From: Octopus sinensis
Lineage: Eukaryota
Assembly: GCF_006345805.1 (NCBI RefSeq)
Contig: NC_043011.1
Location: forward strand, 33,926,464-33,990,463
Direction: 5' to 3'
DNA length: 64,000 bases
This document shows positions 1-14,015 of the stretch, one piece after another; the first letter of the stretch is position 1, and each line of letters begins with the position of its first letter. The notes beneath the pieces were generated by a model, which was not told where the DNA came from, did no database searches, and saw only the letters and a program-made list of their open reading frames with translations. The position numbers and the translations under genes are program-made.

Positions 1-412
1 ACACACACACATTTAACTGGCTTCACAATTGGTTTTCAAAAGTGTGTCAAAAACTGTCTTTTTAGGTCATTGCTCTAAAAATTGTTTGTTTCTATAGAGA
101 GAATGTGGCTCAAAGCACTTCATTAGTTGAGGGTGGTCACATGGTGAGTTAACTGAATTTTCAGTTTTCCACTATATCAGTGTGTCAAGCTGTTTATCCA
201 GTAGCTATTTCATATGACAGTTAGAACAATGACTACAGAAGGTGTACGTTTTTGTCGGAATTTAGTATTGTTTTGAGATGAATGATTTGACAGGATTCAA
301 TGGGCCAAGGACTGCATCATGCTAGTGTTTCAGTTAACTGCTATAATGTACTACAGAGATTAAGTACAGATTTGTAAGTCAACACCACATGTTACAATGA
401 ATGTAAACAATA

Positions 413-825
413 GGCACAGGAGTGGCTGTGTGGTAAGTAGCTTGCTAACCAACCACATGGTTCCGGGTTCAGTCCCACTGCGTGGCATCTTGGGCAAGTG
501 TCTTCTGCTATAGCCTCAGGCCGACCAATGCCTTGTGAGTGAATTTGGTAGACGGAAACTGAAAGAAGCCTGTCGTATATATGTATATATATATATATGT
601 ATATGTATGTGTGTGTGTGTGTTTGTGTATCTGTGTTTGTCCCCCTAGCATTGCTTGACAACCGATGCCGGTGTGTTTACGTCCCCGTCACTTAGCGGTT
701 CGGCAAAAGAGACCGATAGAATAAGTACTGGGCTTACAAAGAATAAGTCCCGGGGTCGATTTGCGCGACTAAAGGCAGTGCTCCAGCATGGCCGCAGTCA
801 AATGACTGAAACAAGTAAAAGAGTA
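413..825 (+). mobile_element. tRNA-derived SINE family A, young full-length copy
   Basis: A-box-like ggctgtgtggtaag, B-box-like ggttcagtccc, a ttgggcaagtg central block, an internal (TA)/(TG) tract and the tail gcagtcaaatgactgaaacaagtaaaagag. Confidence 0.85.
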
Positions 826-1356
826 AAAAGAGAGAGAATGTATCAGCTCAATTTGTTCATGGACAGAAAAGCAGGAAACAGCTACAAAGGAACATTTCAA
901 TTCTTGATTGAAATCTTTTCCGGCTACTAAGACTGCATAATATGTGGGGTGGAGGGGCATACTTAGCAAGGGTTAACAGCTACTGTTGGTCAAAGTGTCT
1001 GCCAGCCATTAAGTGGAAATTCAACCTTCAGAGGCAAATTTGAATGTGAGCTTCCTAGGGAAGCTTTTCACAGAATGTTAGGCCAGGTATTTTGTAATGA
1101 ACACTGACATAAACATTTAAAACAGTATTTACAAAGCTGACCTTCTGCTTGTGCTTTTAACTTCCGTTTGATATCAATAGATCCAGAAAAATATGACAGG
1201 CAGCAAAGAAAATTTCGTGTGAGGAACTTTCATAAATTCTAATACATTAGACGTGATTTAAAAAAAAAAGGATTATGTTCCATGCAGACATGACATAAAG
1301 CTGCAAATAGATCAACAACGTATTATCAAGAAATTAAATATTATGCTATAGCATAC

Positions 1357-1485
1357 CATGGTCTGCAGCTGAGGGCTAGGAGACATCCCTTGATGGTGAT
1401 CAGGAGTTGATCGTGCACTAGAGGAGCCAAGCAGTTTCACATAATTTGCAGGAAACCAACCCATCTTTCTTTTTTGACCGCGGGC
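1357..1485 (-). CDS. ITSN1: Intersectin SH3D end plus linker (ARGQKRKMGWFPANYVKLLGSSSARSTPDHHQGMSPSPQLQTM)
   Basis: Acceptor ttttttacag and donor gtatgc. Contains ARG.KR..GWFPANYVKLL; phase 0 to 0. Confidence 0.95.
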
Positions 1486-1829
1486 CTGTAAAAAAAGAAC
1501 AAAAAAGCAGAAAGGAATTTATTAAAAGCATTTAGCAATGAAAATGTTGGTAAATATACACATTAAGTCTACCCTTCCTATTTCCATACTTTCTTCCAGA
1601 ATATCTTTCACTGGTGGCCATTATTATTGCCCCTGTACCCCTTCAGCCACCCACCGAAGAAGCGTCTACACTTTTGCTTGACCTGTTAAAAGTAGCAGCC
1701 CAACCTCCTCAAATCACATCTCACCATCTTACAAAAAAAGGGAAGACAGACACAGGTGAATGTTGATAAATCCTTTGACTCCATGAGGAATAGAGTGCAA
1801 CAAAAAGAGAACTCAATCTCAATCTCTGA

Positions 1830-2150
1830 CAATCCATTGCAGTTGTCCCTCACTGTCACCATCTGTTAGTGCTTCAGTTTCAATGGACCTTCTCCATATT
1901 ACTTTTGGTCTGTCATGCTTCCACCTCCCTTGAGGTGTCCATTAGAGAGCTTATCTTGTAATGTTGGAAGTAAAAGTTCCCATTGGGTGCCCTGCCAAAC
2001 CTATTTACTCTTCTTGATCTGAGTTTCAATAGGTAGCTGATTCACCATTTTTTCACAAGGCTTTGTTTGTAAGTCTGCCTTGCCGTCGCATCCAAAGGAT
2101 GTTCCAGAAGTAAATGAAAGGAAACAGCACTGGGAGAGTGAACCTTTGGT
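1830..2150 (-). mobile_element. Degenerate RTE-like LINE 3' fragment
   Basis: Broken frames resemble W.GH.LR...NITRQAL.W.P.G.R..GRPK.TW. Confidence 0.45.
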
Positions 2151-3348
2151 TAGAGGTTTGCTGGACCAAAGTTAATTTGGGGTTAATTAACAGTAGCAGC
2201 AGCATCACTATGTTTAGCATGTATTTTAAGTTCATTTATTTTCTCTTCTAAACTAACATGTATCTCAATTACAGAGTGTCATCAGCACCATTTCATGACC
2301 ATTTTCCATAAAGCCCTGGGTTGAACAGTTTGACAGGGCTTTTGTGGAGCTGGCAAGCCAAGGAGTGCGCCAAGCTTCACTGCCTTCTTTGGCATAGTTT
2401 CTATGGCTGGATGCCCTTCCCAATGCCAACCACTTCACAGAATGCACCGGTGCATTTTACATAACACTGGCACCAATGTGGTCACCAATGTGTTCTCAAG
2501 TCATCTTTGCTCCACTTCCGTCACAGAGTCCTTTCTTTCAAAGGTATTGTCTGTCTAACCTAGTATGCATTAACCACTTACACTATGCAGCATCTCCACG
2601 TTGTACCATACCAACAGAGCCCTAACACTCAAGTAAATATCAGACAATTCCCCAACACCATTCTCAATACACTAACACCATACCAGCACAACACTAACAC
2701 ACCTGTAAATATCAGTCGATTCATTAATATCATTTTCGATCTACTAACATCATACTAAAACAACTTTAACGCTCCTATAAATATCAGCCATTTCCCTGAC
2801 ACCACTTCCAACCTTTATCATTATTAATGGTAGTCTCAGCATTACGTCCATTTTCACATTCTGAATTCAAATTCTGCCTAGGTCAACTTTGCTGTTTCTC
2901 CTATCAGGGTTGATAAAATAAGTACCAGTTGGACTTACTGGGGGTAATGTAATTGAGCTACCTCCTCCCACAATATTGCTGGCCTTGCACCAAAATTTGA
3001 AACCCTTATTAACGGTGGTCTCTCAAGTCAGAGAAAAGACAGTTCTGTAATTTCTTGCTGAACAACCTACACAGATGACTTGTTTATAGTTGTCAAATGT
3101 TTGTGTAGTATATGAACCTACTTCCCTTCATCAGACAGACATTGCCTGTACCAGTGCACAATGTGTAAGACATCAGATGCCAAAGTGATCACAGAGCAAC
3201 ATGGGAAGTGTTTTGCTCAAGAAAACAATACACAGCCTGGTCTGGGAATCAAACTCATGACCTTGAGATCATGAGTGCAATGTGTTAACCACTAGGCCAT
3301 TCACTGACACTCAATCTGTTAATGCTACAAACACAGCTATTGTCTTAC

Positions 3349-3470
3349 CTGCAATTCACCTTCCCACCAGCCACTTTGACTCTTCTTGCGCACCTGTATC
3401 AACTGGCCTGGCTGCAGGGACAGTTGCTCAGGGCCAGTCGCAGTATAACTGGCAATCACGGAAGCAATTT
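3349..3470 (-). CDS. ITSN1: Intersectin SH3D, first half ([41 protein letters not shown])
   Basis: Acceptor aatttcag and donor gtaaga. [16 protein letters not shown]...GWWEGELQ is diagnostic of intersectin SH3D. Not in the ORF track; read manually. Confidence 0.96.
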
Positions 3471-4229
3471 CTGAAATTTAAAACAAGTAAAATAATATTC
3501 AGGTGAAGGGTGGAAAAAAAAAATTAGCAAGAAAAAATATAGCTTTGATGATTACAAGGAACACACACACACATGCATATAGGTATATAACTGTGTATAT
3601 GTATAGCCAAATGTGTGCGCATGTGTGTAGATAGACAAACAGATGTGAATTTGTGTACATATATACAAATACATGTGTGTGTGTGTATCAAGAGAAGGAG
3701 AGAGAGAAATGTGTACAAATAGATGTGTTTATGAATATGCCTGCATAATTATATATGTTGGTATATAATTATTTATGAATATACACACACCAATATGCAT
3801 ACATTTTAATACTTTAGTTCTATATTACAAAATATATTATAAAATAAGTTGAATAATTCTTCAAATTCACATTTTTGCATAAAATGTTGAATTGTATCAG
3901 TTTTTTAATTTTTTTTTTTTTTTGCCTCTACATGGTTGCTTGACTTGTTGGAAACAGCAGTCAAATGTTTTTATTGCTTTAAAAGGATTTTTCTTAGTTT
4001 CATAAGTGATGAAAAGCAAGAAGCTGAATTGGAGGTTAGAATTGCTGATTCTGGCACAGTAATGCACCAGCCACAGCATTTAATCATTAAGAGAGGAGAG
4101 GATCGTTAAGGGGAAAAAGAGGGAAAAAAAGGGCAAATCTCCAATCTTCAAATCAGTTTTTGTGTTTACCATCACCTATGGTCAAGAATGTTGAATAATA
4201 ATGGAAAGAGAATGATCACAAACACAAGT

Positions 4230-4560
4230 GGCCAAAATGGAGTTCCTCCAAAATATCTCTGACATAGCATTTCTTGACAGGGTGCATAGCTCAGAGAGCA
4301 GGGAGTCTCTCCAAGTTGAGCTGTTATTTCTTTGCATTGTGAGGTCCCAGCTCTGGCACTAAGGTCATGTGATTAGAGAGTCATATATAAGATTTGCAAG
4401 ACAGATCCTTCAAGTCAAGCTATCCAGCAGGAGACCTAGGGGTAGGCCAAGAATGTGATGGTTGGATGATATCCATAGTCTCAGTTGGACATGCTTGGAA
4501 ATCCAGCTGGAAAACATGTAATGACATTTGCTTCTGATAGGATCCTATGGAGGAAGTGCC
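4230..4560 (+). mobile_element. RTE-clade (Rex3/Expander-like) LINE, 3' ORF remnant
   Basis: QVAKMEFLQNISDIAFLDRVHSSESRESLQVELLFLCIVRSQLWH*GHVIR...RRPRGRPRM*WLDDI matches the typical RTE C-terminal pattern. Confidence 0.75.
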
Positions 4561-5820
4561 TGAGGACTTTACATCCACAACACTCCCTGGAAGAGTAGGC
4601 AGAGAAGATGGATGGATCAATAGTTCTAGATGCAATATGCCTAAATAAAAATTGGGATGGGCATAACTGGTACATTTCCAGTCATAAGGTCAGTTTGGTC
4701 AGAGCTGACCTCAAGCTAAACAACAACCAAAAACATCCTTAACTTCATCATCATTGTTTGATGTTTTCTTATCCCAATTTAAACTAATAAAGCTTCAGTT
4801 TCTCAGATCTGATCTACCTGCTGTAAAAGTTCATGTATAATGTACTTCCTGATTTTTGAGGCCTAAATTTTCAAAAAACCCATACACAGTGTTTCACAAA
4901 TGCCACAAGATTAAATAATCTACTACAATCCAATATGTCAGTTTTTAATATTCCACTTTGTATAAAACATATATAGGTACTGGCACGGCTGTCTGGTTAA
5001 GAAGCTGACTTTGCAACTATGTCGTTTCAGGTTCAATCTGAGTAGCACCTTAGCCAAGTATCTTCTACTGTAGCCCTGGGCCAACCAATGCCTTGTGAAT
5101 GAATCTGACTGGTAGACGAAAGCTAAGTGAAAACCAATTATGTAATTGGGTATACATGTGTGTGTATGTGTGATACATACAGGTAAATAAACTCAATGGA
5201 AAACAAAACAAGAAAACCAGCAATCTTTTGAGGTGTGTTATTTTTAGTTTGTTTTTAAACCTCCCAATGTTTTCCTTACGCTACAGTTGCTTTCACTAAT
5301 TTCAACCTACTTTATGATTTGGCCTCCTTCTTATACAACTTTAATTTATTATCCAGTGTTAAAACATTTCACTGTTTACCCAAATATACTTCCTCCTAAA
5401 GTAATATTATACAGTTTAGCTGCGCTTTCCAGCATAACCCTGAAAGTCCCTCTAGATTGTTCCTCTTCCATTCTTTGACTCTTTGTATAAATATTTATGG
5501 TCGTTAATGGTTCCAGTCAGCATCTATGAATTACCTTTTATCGTTTACCTTTTACTTGTTTCAGTCATTAGACTGCGGCCATGCTGGAGCACCACCTTGG
5601 ACAATTTGTTTTAGTTGAATGAATCAACACCAGTACTTGTTTTTTGTTAAACCCAGTACCTATTCTATTGGTCTCTTTTGCCGAACTGCTAAGTTACCAG
5701 GACATAAACACATAAACACCGGTTATCAAGTGGTGATGAGGGACAAACACAGACACAAAGACGTGTGTGTACACACACATATAAATATATATATATATAT
5801 ACACACACATATACATTGTA

Positions 5821-5865
<45 letters not shown>

Positions 5866-6016
5866 ATCTAACATTAGAATTAGACTTTCAAATTGCTGCA
5901 TGCTCTAATTATTTCAACATTGTTAATAGAGAAAAATCCAAATATTCATAAGAGAAATTTGAAAAGAATAAGATAAAAATATTCTACAGTGTTTGATTAA
6001 ACAAAGAGAGACCCAC

Positions 6017-6044
6017 CTGGCTTCTTACTCTGTTTCTGTCCGGT
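6017..6044 (-). CDS. ITSN1: Intersectin 28-nt microexon (TGQKQSKKP), phase 0 to 1
   Basis: ttatcttctttttag|ACCGGACAGAAACAGAGTAAGAAGCCAG|gtgggt. It supplies the conserved KKP-E preceding SH3D and is the piece needed to repair phase between SH3C and SH3D. Confidence 0.88.
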
Positions 6045-6444
6045 CTAAAAAGAAGATAAATTAAAAATGAAAAAAAAATTATATATGTTAGTCAAAGAAT
6101 TCAGTTTATATAAGAAAATGTTCTTATAAAAAGTAACAATAATTTAATTTTAAAAATCCATAAAGAAAAGCAAAAAAAATATTACAAAACACATGCAAAC
6201 ACCAACTGAGAGAATTTAATTATATTTATACACTTAGTTTTTGTTAATTATATATGGTTTCCAGTTGGAGTCTGATAATTATTATTATTATTATTATTAT
6301 TATCATCATCAAGTTGTTATCATTCTGTTAGTTAATCAGTAATTTCTAGTTAGCTAGTTAGACTAACAAAACAATACTTCAGTTTCCTTCATTTATGTTA
6401 TGCATTTTCTAAAACAACTTATTTTATATATATATATATATATA

Positions 6445-6477
<33 letters not shown>

Positions 6478-6883
6478 TATATGCTTATGTGATGTGTGCG
6501 TGTGTATGTGTATTTATTTTGGGTAATCTAACAGAGACAACAGATGAGTGTTCTGTAACTTCTTGCTGGACAACCTGTGCAGATGACTTGTTTATAGCAA
6601 TCAAATGTTTGTGCTGTATGTTAGCTCATTCTCTCCATCAAATCAGATGCTGAAGTAACAGCAGAGCAATGTGAAATGAAGTGTTTTGCTCAAGAGCACA
6701 ATGTATCACCCAATCTGGGAATCAAAAGCATGATGTTGCGATCATGACTGCAACAGCTGAAACATTAGGCCACTTGCATTCACTATGATGTATGTATGTG
6801 TATATGGATGACATCAGGTAGCCTAAACAGTGAAAATGCTTTAATCAGCATACCACTAACCATATACCCAAAGTCCAAATAAT

Positions 6884-6939
<56 letters not shown>

Positions 6940-6947
<8 letters not shown>

Positions 6948-7580
6948 TATATATAGATATATAACTTGTTTCAGTCATTTGACTGCAGCCATGCAGTCAA
7001 ATCGACCCCAGGACTTATTCTTTGTAAGCCTAGTACTTATTCTAGCAGATTATATATGTGTATGAGTATACATATTTTGTACACATCTTCTCCTCGACTC
7101 ATGACCAAGATCAATTCCAACTGACAGGTCGTAGGTTGTTCTGGTTGTATGTTGGATTTTTATTTTTCAACACTATTTTCATTCAAACGGGTTATAAAAA
7201 TATAAAACACAAGAATTTAATCCATAATTATTGTACATAATGTGAAAAATACACAATATGTACTCTACTGTACTATAAGCAAAAATACAATCTAAAATTA
7301 ACATGAAAATTAATACAAATGAAATTCCACATACATACAATAAGAAAAAAATGTTCCTGTGAAAAAAGAGCAATTGAAAATAAATGTTTAATCTTCACAG
7401 TCATGTTCTTGGATTGAAGTGGATGGTTTTTTCAGGAACATGGTGAGGTTTGTTGGAATAGTTTATTTTCTTTTTTTTCCATATGTATTTTACGATTATA
7501 ATGCACAGCATCTTGAATGTTTGTAAAAACTACGTTTATTTTTTGTGGTTGTAAGTCACAGAGGTCGTAAGTCAAGGAGA

Positions 7581-7623
<43 letters not shown>

Positions 7624-8822
7624 GATATACTTATTTTTGTACATTATATTTCAATTCTTCAAATTTTTTTTTATTTACCTAAATTTCAAAATTCAAAACA
7701 ATGTCATTTAAAACACTTTCATTATAATTTTTACTAATTATTTTTGTTTTTTCTTTCTTTTTTTTTTGAAAGTCAAAATAACAAAATTCATTACCCACAA
7801 AACATATTGGTGATTAAGCAATTTATTTAATATAAAACTCCACTAAATATTTCAAATTAAATCAGCTAAACTACCAGCAATTACAGACTTTCTAGAAAAA
7901 ATGTAACGACAAAATTTAAAAAAAAAGAAAACTTGAAGCAAACAGTGAATGAACGATTGACATAGTTGTTTCATCGAGTAATGAACTAATTAAGTGTTGT
8001 TAACGAAGAGCAAAAGAGACAAAGAAATAATGAAGAAAAGCAATACAAGATTACCAGTGTGAGTTTTGCACAAATATTAAATATTTTGAGTAACCAAAAC
8101 AGGATGGAACATACAAACCAATTTTTCAATGTATGGGTGTATATGTATATTTTATATATATATATATATAATATATATATATATATATAGATATATATAG
8201 ATATATAACTTGTTTCAGTCATTTGACTGCAGCCATGCAGTCAAATCGACCCCAGGACTTATTCTTTGTAAGCCTAGTACTTATTCTAGCAGATTATATA
8301 TGTGTATGAGTATACATATTTTGTACACATCTTCTCCTCGACTCATGACCAAGATCAATTCCAACTGACAGGTCGTAGGTTGTTCTGGTTGTATGTTGGA
8401 TTTTATTTTTCAACACTATTTTCATTCAAACGGGTTATAAAAATATAAAACACAAGAATTTAATCCATAATTATTGTACATAATGTGAAAAATACACAAT
8501 ATGTACTCTACTGTACTATAAGCAAAAATACAATCTAAAATTAACATGAAAATTAATACAAATGAAATTCCACATACATACAATAAGAAAAAAATGTTCC
8601 TGTGAAAAAAGAGCAATTGAAAATAAATGTTTAATCTTCACAGTCATGTTCTGGATTGAAGTGGATGGTTTTTTCAGGAACATGGTGAGGTTTGTTGGAA
8701 TAGTTTATTTTCTTTTTTTTCCATATGTATTTTACGATTATAATGCACAGCATCTTGAATGTTTGTAAAAACTACGTTTATTTTTTGTGGTTGTAAGTCA
8801 CAGAGGTCGTAAGTCAAGGAGA

Positions 8823-8863
<41 letters not shown>

Positions 8864-9385
8864 GATATACTTATTTTTGTACATTATATTTCAATTCTTC
8901 AAATTTTTTTTTATTTACCTAAATTTCAAAATTCAAAACAATGTCATTTAAAACACTTTCATTATAATTTTTACTAATTATTTTTGTTTTTTCTTTCTTT
9001 TTTTTTTGAAAGTCAAAATAACAAAATTCATTACCCACAAAACATATTGGTGATTAAGCAATTTATTTAATATAAAACTCCACTAAATATTTCAAATTAA
9101 ATCAGCTAAACTACCAGCAATTACAGACTTTCTAGAAAAAATGTAACGACAAAATTTAAAAAAAAAGAAAACTTGAAGCAAACAGTGAATGAACGATTGA
9201 CATAGTTGTTTCATCGAGTAATGAACTAATTAAGTGTTGTTAACGAAGAGCAAAAGAGACAAAGAAATAATGAAGAAAAGCAATACAAGATTACCAGTGT
9301 GAGTTTTGCACAAATATTAAATATTTTGAGTAACCAAAACAGGATGGAACATACAAACCAATTTTTCAATGTATGGGTGTATATG

Positions 9386-9430
<45 letters not shown>
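6940..9430. repeat. Direct tandem duplication, two copies of about 1.24 kb
   Basis: ataacttgtttcagtc occurs at 6961 and 8205 (offset 1244). Identical ORFs appear at 7179/8422 and 7986/9226. Confidence 0.95.
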
Positions 9431-9431
<1 letters not shown>

Positions 9432-9969
9432 ACGCACATGCATGTGTGTGTCTGTTCATGTGTACTCCTTGCATATTATTGCAAAAGGTGACAATAAGGG
9501 TTAGAGACAGGAAAAGCATCCAGCTGCAAATTATTGCCTCAAAGCTGATGATGTGACTAAAAGCATTTCAATTATGGCCATCCTGTCGATTTTTCAGACA
9601 GTGTAGCCTAGATAAGAATAGGCACTTTGCATTCTAGATTTAGAATAGGCACACAGGCACACTGTATCCCTGCAAGACGTTATAAGGGGTGACTAAAGGG
9701 GTTAATGACAGGAAGAACATCCAGCTATAAACACACAGCCACAAAAAGAGAACCGTAATGAATACAATAAGAAGACTGAGGCATGGACCACTGGCTAAAC
9801 TCTCCTTTAGCAGGGAAAAAAGGCTTAATGTTTGTAGTAGGTGTTGTTACTGCTGCTTTCGTGTATATTTGCAAGTAAACTTTAACAAACTATAAATGGA
9901 AGGAGATCTAAAAATATTAGGCAACATTGCTTCATGTTACTCCTTCAGATGTAAATGTATCAACAGCAC

Positions 9970-10420
9970 CAACATGACAGATTGCAATTGGACAGAGGAA
10001 ATGCAAAGGAAGTCAAGTATTATGTCTTTGGTCACCAACCACAGTAGCTTGGAGATCACTAGCTTCCTGAAAGTGACTGGGTCATTTGTGATCAGGAATT
10101 GGAAATAGGTGGAAGCCTCTGGCAGGGACATGCCATCCTTGATGAAGAAAAACAAAGAAGTCTTTTTTGGTAGTTTGGTGTCATCACGATGGCCAAGTTC
10201 ATCTAGGAAATTCAGGACATCATCAACAATAATCCCACCAGATCAATGAGGGACGTCAGCAAGCAGCAGGTCAAAGGTGGCAGAGTCAACTAAACAGATG
10301 GACATGTGTCACACAAGGAAGTCAGACACAAGTCTTATTATGATACAAGGGCAGTTTGTGCCCCAACAAAGACCCGAGAGAACTGTGTGATAATGTGATA
10401 CTCAACATTATAAGGAATCT
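9970..10420 (+). mobile_element. Degenerate Tc1/mariner-superfamily transposase 5' fragment
   Basis: Frames give LEITSFLKVTGSFV and EIQDIINNNPTRSMRDVSKQ...EVRHKSY, which resemble Tc1-like HTH N-termini. The similarity is recalled and no search was run. Confidence 0.5.
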
Positions 10421-11547
10421 TAGTTCACTTGATCTATGGCTTGTGCATAGATGGCACAAGCCCTATAGTGCCAATTACTCATCTGGAACTACCTTGTGAA
10501 TATGGCATGTGGTATTGCTGGGGACCACCTTATCCCAGCATGCTGTCACTTGTATGGATTCCTGAGGGATGAAGGCAGTATTGTTGAATGGCCTGTCTCT
10601 TTGATGAATCCAGTTGAATATGTGTAGATATTTTTGAGCACTGTGTTGCGTTTCTTTTGTTTTTCATTTACTGTTCGGTGTCAAGTTTATCATTGCATTT
10701 TGTTTTTTACCAATGCATGGTACACCCAGTGTATGCGCACACATATACAAGCAGTATAAAACAAGCAATGTATATATTAAAAAAAAATCAAATCAAAATC
10801 TTAATTTTATGTTCTGTTGTTATTATTATTATTATTATTATTAATATTATTATTAGGTGATATTTGTTTTTACATACAAACCATCAGTTGCTACAGAATT
10901 TATAGAGAAGCTTATTGAACCAACATACATTCTAATTGTCAGTAAAATGCCATGCAAAAAAGCTCAGAATCTCTTTCCAGCTAAGTTCAATTAGTAAATA
11001 AATAAATGAATAAATAAATGAATAAATAAACACCCTTATTCTGGAATAGTATAGTTTACAAAATAGAGGAACCATTTTGATAATTGAAAATCAGAAATGG
11101 CCTGAGAATGAAAAGCCGAAAGAAATGCCACCAAGCTTTTTGTCCAGTGAGCTAACAATTCTGCCAGCTCGCCACCTTAATAATTATAATGATGATAATT
11201 ATAATTATCATAAAATAATAACAATTATAATAGTAGAGCGACAGAGGTGGTTTTAATACCCAAAGATAAATATACACCACTTAAAGTAGCATGTTGTGTT
11301 AGAACACACAATAATGATAATAATAATCCTTTCTACTTCTAGTCACAAGGTTGGAAACATTTTTCTTTTTTGTGGGGTGGGATGGAGAAGAAGGCTAGTT
11401 GATTATAAGCACCCCAATGCTCAGCTGGTACTTATTTCAACAACCCTGAAAGGACGAAAGGTAAAGTCATCCACAGCGGAATTTGAACTTAAAGACAGAT
11501 GAATACTGCTAAGCATTTGTGACCGGTGCACTAACAATTCAGCCACC

Positions 11548-11581
<34 letters not shown>

Positions 11582-13446
11582 CGATGATGATGATCTCATT
11601 ATTATTGTATTTTCACTTTTTCTGAAACCTTTACAGCAGGTTTTTCAAAAGTCATCTCTGCCCCAGCTTTGTAAACTATATCATTCCTGAAGAGAAGCTA
11701 ATTAATAAATATACAATAATAACAATAAAAAAAAAGCATTACTAAAGTCAACAAAATCGAAAATGAGAAGGATTTCTGATTCCTAACAGAGCCACAAATG
11801 TCTTCATGAAGAATAAAGAGCATTAACATCAAATATTCCCATCCCAGTTCTTGATTAGCATTTATTTCACTGATACCTGTCACCCAGAAACAAAAAAAGG
11901 TCAGCTTTGGCTGGATTTGAACTCAGAATATAGCAGGGATGAAACTAAATGTTGCAGAGTATTTTGTTTTCTATTCAACCAATTGTGTCCCTCCACCCAC
12001 ACCTCTGCCTCTCCACAGCTCTTGGCAACAACAGCTTAACAGTTTGTTTTCTTCTTTGTAGTTATACCAGTTTTAAATAAATTAAATAATTGTTTATTTA
12101 TTCGAATCAATACAAGGCAGCAAGACAGTTGATGTCTGTTTACTGCATAGCAGGAAAAAAAAAATTCATCAAGAACTTTCCTTTCATATTATGAGGGGAA
12201 AAAAAATTAATTATTCTTTCATTCTTTTATATTTTTTTTCCTAAGTTTTTGTCAAGCAGTGGACACCAGCCATATTGAGAACCTCTATTAAGGGTACAGT
12301 CAATCATGTCGGTCTCTAGTGCTTACAATATTGGCCTTGAAGGGATACAAAGTAAAGTCAATCACGCAATAATTTGAACTTATCACTTAACGTCTATGTT
12401 GCATGTTGGCATGGGTTGGACTACTGGCATGAGTTGAAACTCTGAAGATAAAATGAGATACCCAAAAACCATTGAACCCCTCTGCTTGTACACTATTACT
12501 TTATTTTGAAGATGATGGAAGGATGAATGGTAAAGTCGATCTCAAAAGGATCTGAATTCAAAATATAGAGGGGTGTTCTCAAATGTTATTAGAACTCAAC
12601 ACTTGCATATTATTGCTTTATTTTATCAATACTGGAAGAATGAAGAATAAAGTCGAACCTCTGCGAAATTTGAACTCAGAATATGAAGATATGTAACCAA
12701 ATTAACATAAGTTTATTAATGACATTACCAATTCTGCCATCCAGTGCCACAACCATTATATTTTTATCTTGGTTAAAAAAATCATCATTTGAAAAAAAAA
12801 AGTAATAATTAAAGATGTAAAAAGAAAAAGTAAACTTAACTATCCAAAAATGATAACAAAAGCAAATGGAAGAACATGCAAAAATAATTATAATAAATCA
12901 TGCAAAAAAAATAAGAAAAAACAATTTTTTTTTTTATAAATCAAAAAAAATATCCAACAACAAAAGCCACATCTAATAAATGAAACAGTAAAATAAAATA
13001 AAATATAGGGAGGCAGAAGTGGGTAGGATAGACAGCAGGATGGACTGGAGAAATAAGAAAACAGGCTGAAAGGTAAGAGTAAGAAAAGAGGAGCAGAGAG
13101 AGAGATAAAAAGGATGAGTACAGCATGTGGAAGTGGGAGGGGGGGAGGAGAAAAAGGAAATTGGTTCTGAAAGGGAAAGAGAGGAGAATGACATTGACCA
13201 GCTTATCATGAATAACTTCATCAAACAAAATGTTTGTTAAGTCAGAGATTTTTGAAATTCATTATTCAAAACATATATAACAGGTGGAGGAGTGGCTGTG
13301 TGGTAAGTAGTTTGCTTACCAACCACATGGTTCCGGGGTCAATCCCACTGCGTGGCACCTTGGGCAAGTGTCTTCTACTATAGCTTCGGGCCGACCAAAG
13401 CCTTGTGAGTGGATATATATATATATATTATCCTATTCTTAAATTT

Positions 13447-13485
<39 letters not shown>

Positions 13486-13539
13486 CTATTTTGGTAGATT
13501 AGAGGTGCTGAGCTCTTAGAACAACAGCATCCCTTCAAG

Positions 13540-13850
13540 TTGGTACCAAACACAGTTAGTGAACAGGCTGATGTGTGTGATGACCAAAAACGAAATTGCA
13601 GATTTTTCCACAGGTTGGACAAGGAACTGATGAGTTGGGTATCAGAGGTGATCTAGCAGTAGCCACAGCATGCTTCATTTGATGCTCATTGAGCCATTGA
13701 TGATGCCTTGTCTTGACAGTTTCACAAGTTTGATGAGAGATGGTCTGCCATCTCCTTTGATCCACAGCAAGGGTCACCAGATCTGAAGGAGGAATGTTGC
13801 ATTCCCCCAGGGTGGTAGCAACTTGATTTTTGTATCTTTTCCCCTATCCT
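13540..13850 (-). mobile_element. RTE-clade LINE 3' end with CCHH-like motif
   Basis: TLAVDQRRWQTISHQ...CPTCGKICNFVFGHHTHQPVH* resembles RTE/BovB-type 3' termini. Confidence 0.7.
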
Positions 13851-14015
13851 CCAACAGATCATTAGCTTTTGATCAGTTCCCCCCACAGAAGACTTTGTTT
13901 GCTTGTTTGTTTGTTTGTATGTATGTACGTACATATGTATGTACGTTTGTATGTATGTACGTATGTTCAGACATTGGGATGACAAAGAAATAAATAAATA
14001 TGTTATGAACTCCAT

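Noticed and set aside
392-661. Recurring ORF MSSNARG...DTCPRCHAVG (also 46762..47019 and 61742..62155) as a multicopy small protein
   Set aside because: It is the antisense translation of SINE family A, including its (TA)/(CA) microsatellite. There is no coding signal.
790-822. SINE A tail CAGTC-AAAT-GACTG-AAAC-AA-GTA as a half hammerhead
   Set aside because: There is no CUGANGA upstream (atggccgc instead). It is more simply the 3' stem-loop typical of SINE/LINE tails.
9541-9600. CTGATGA at about 9545 as a hammerhead core
   Set aside because: There is no downstream stem II-GAAA-stem III arrangement.
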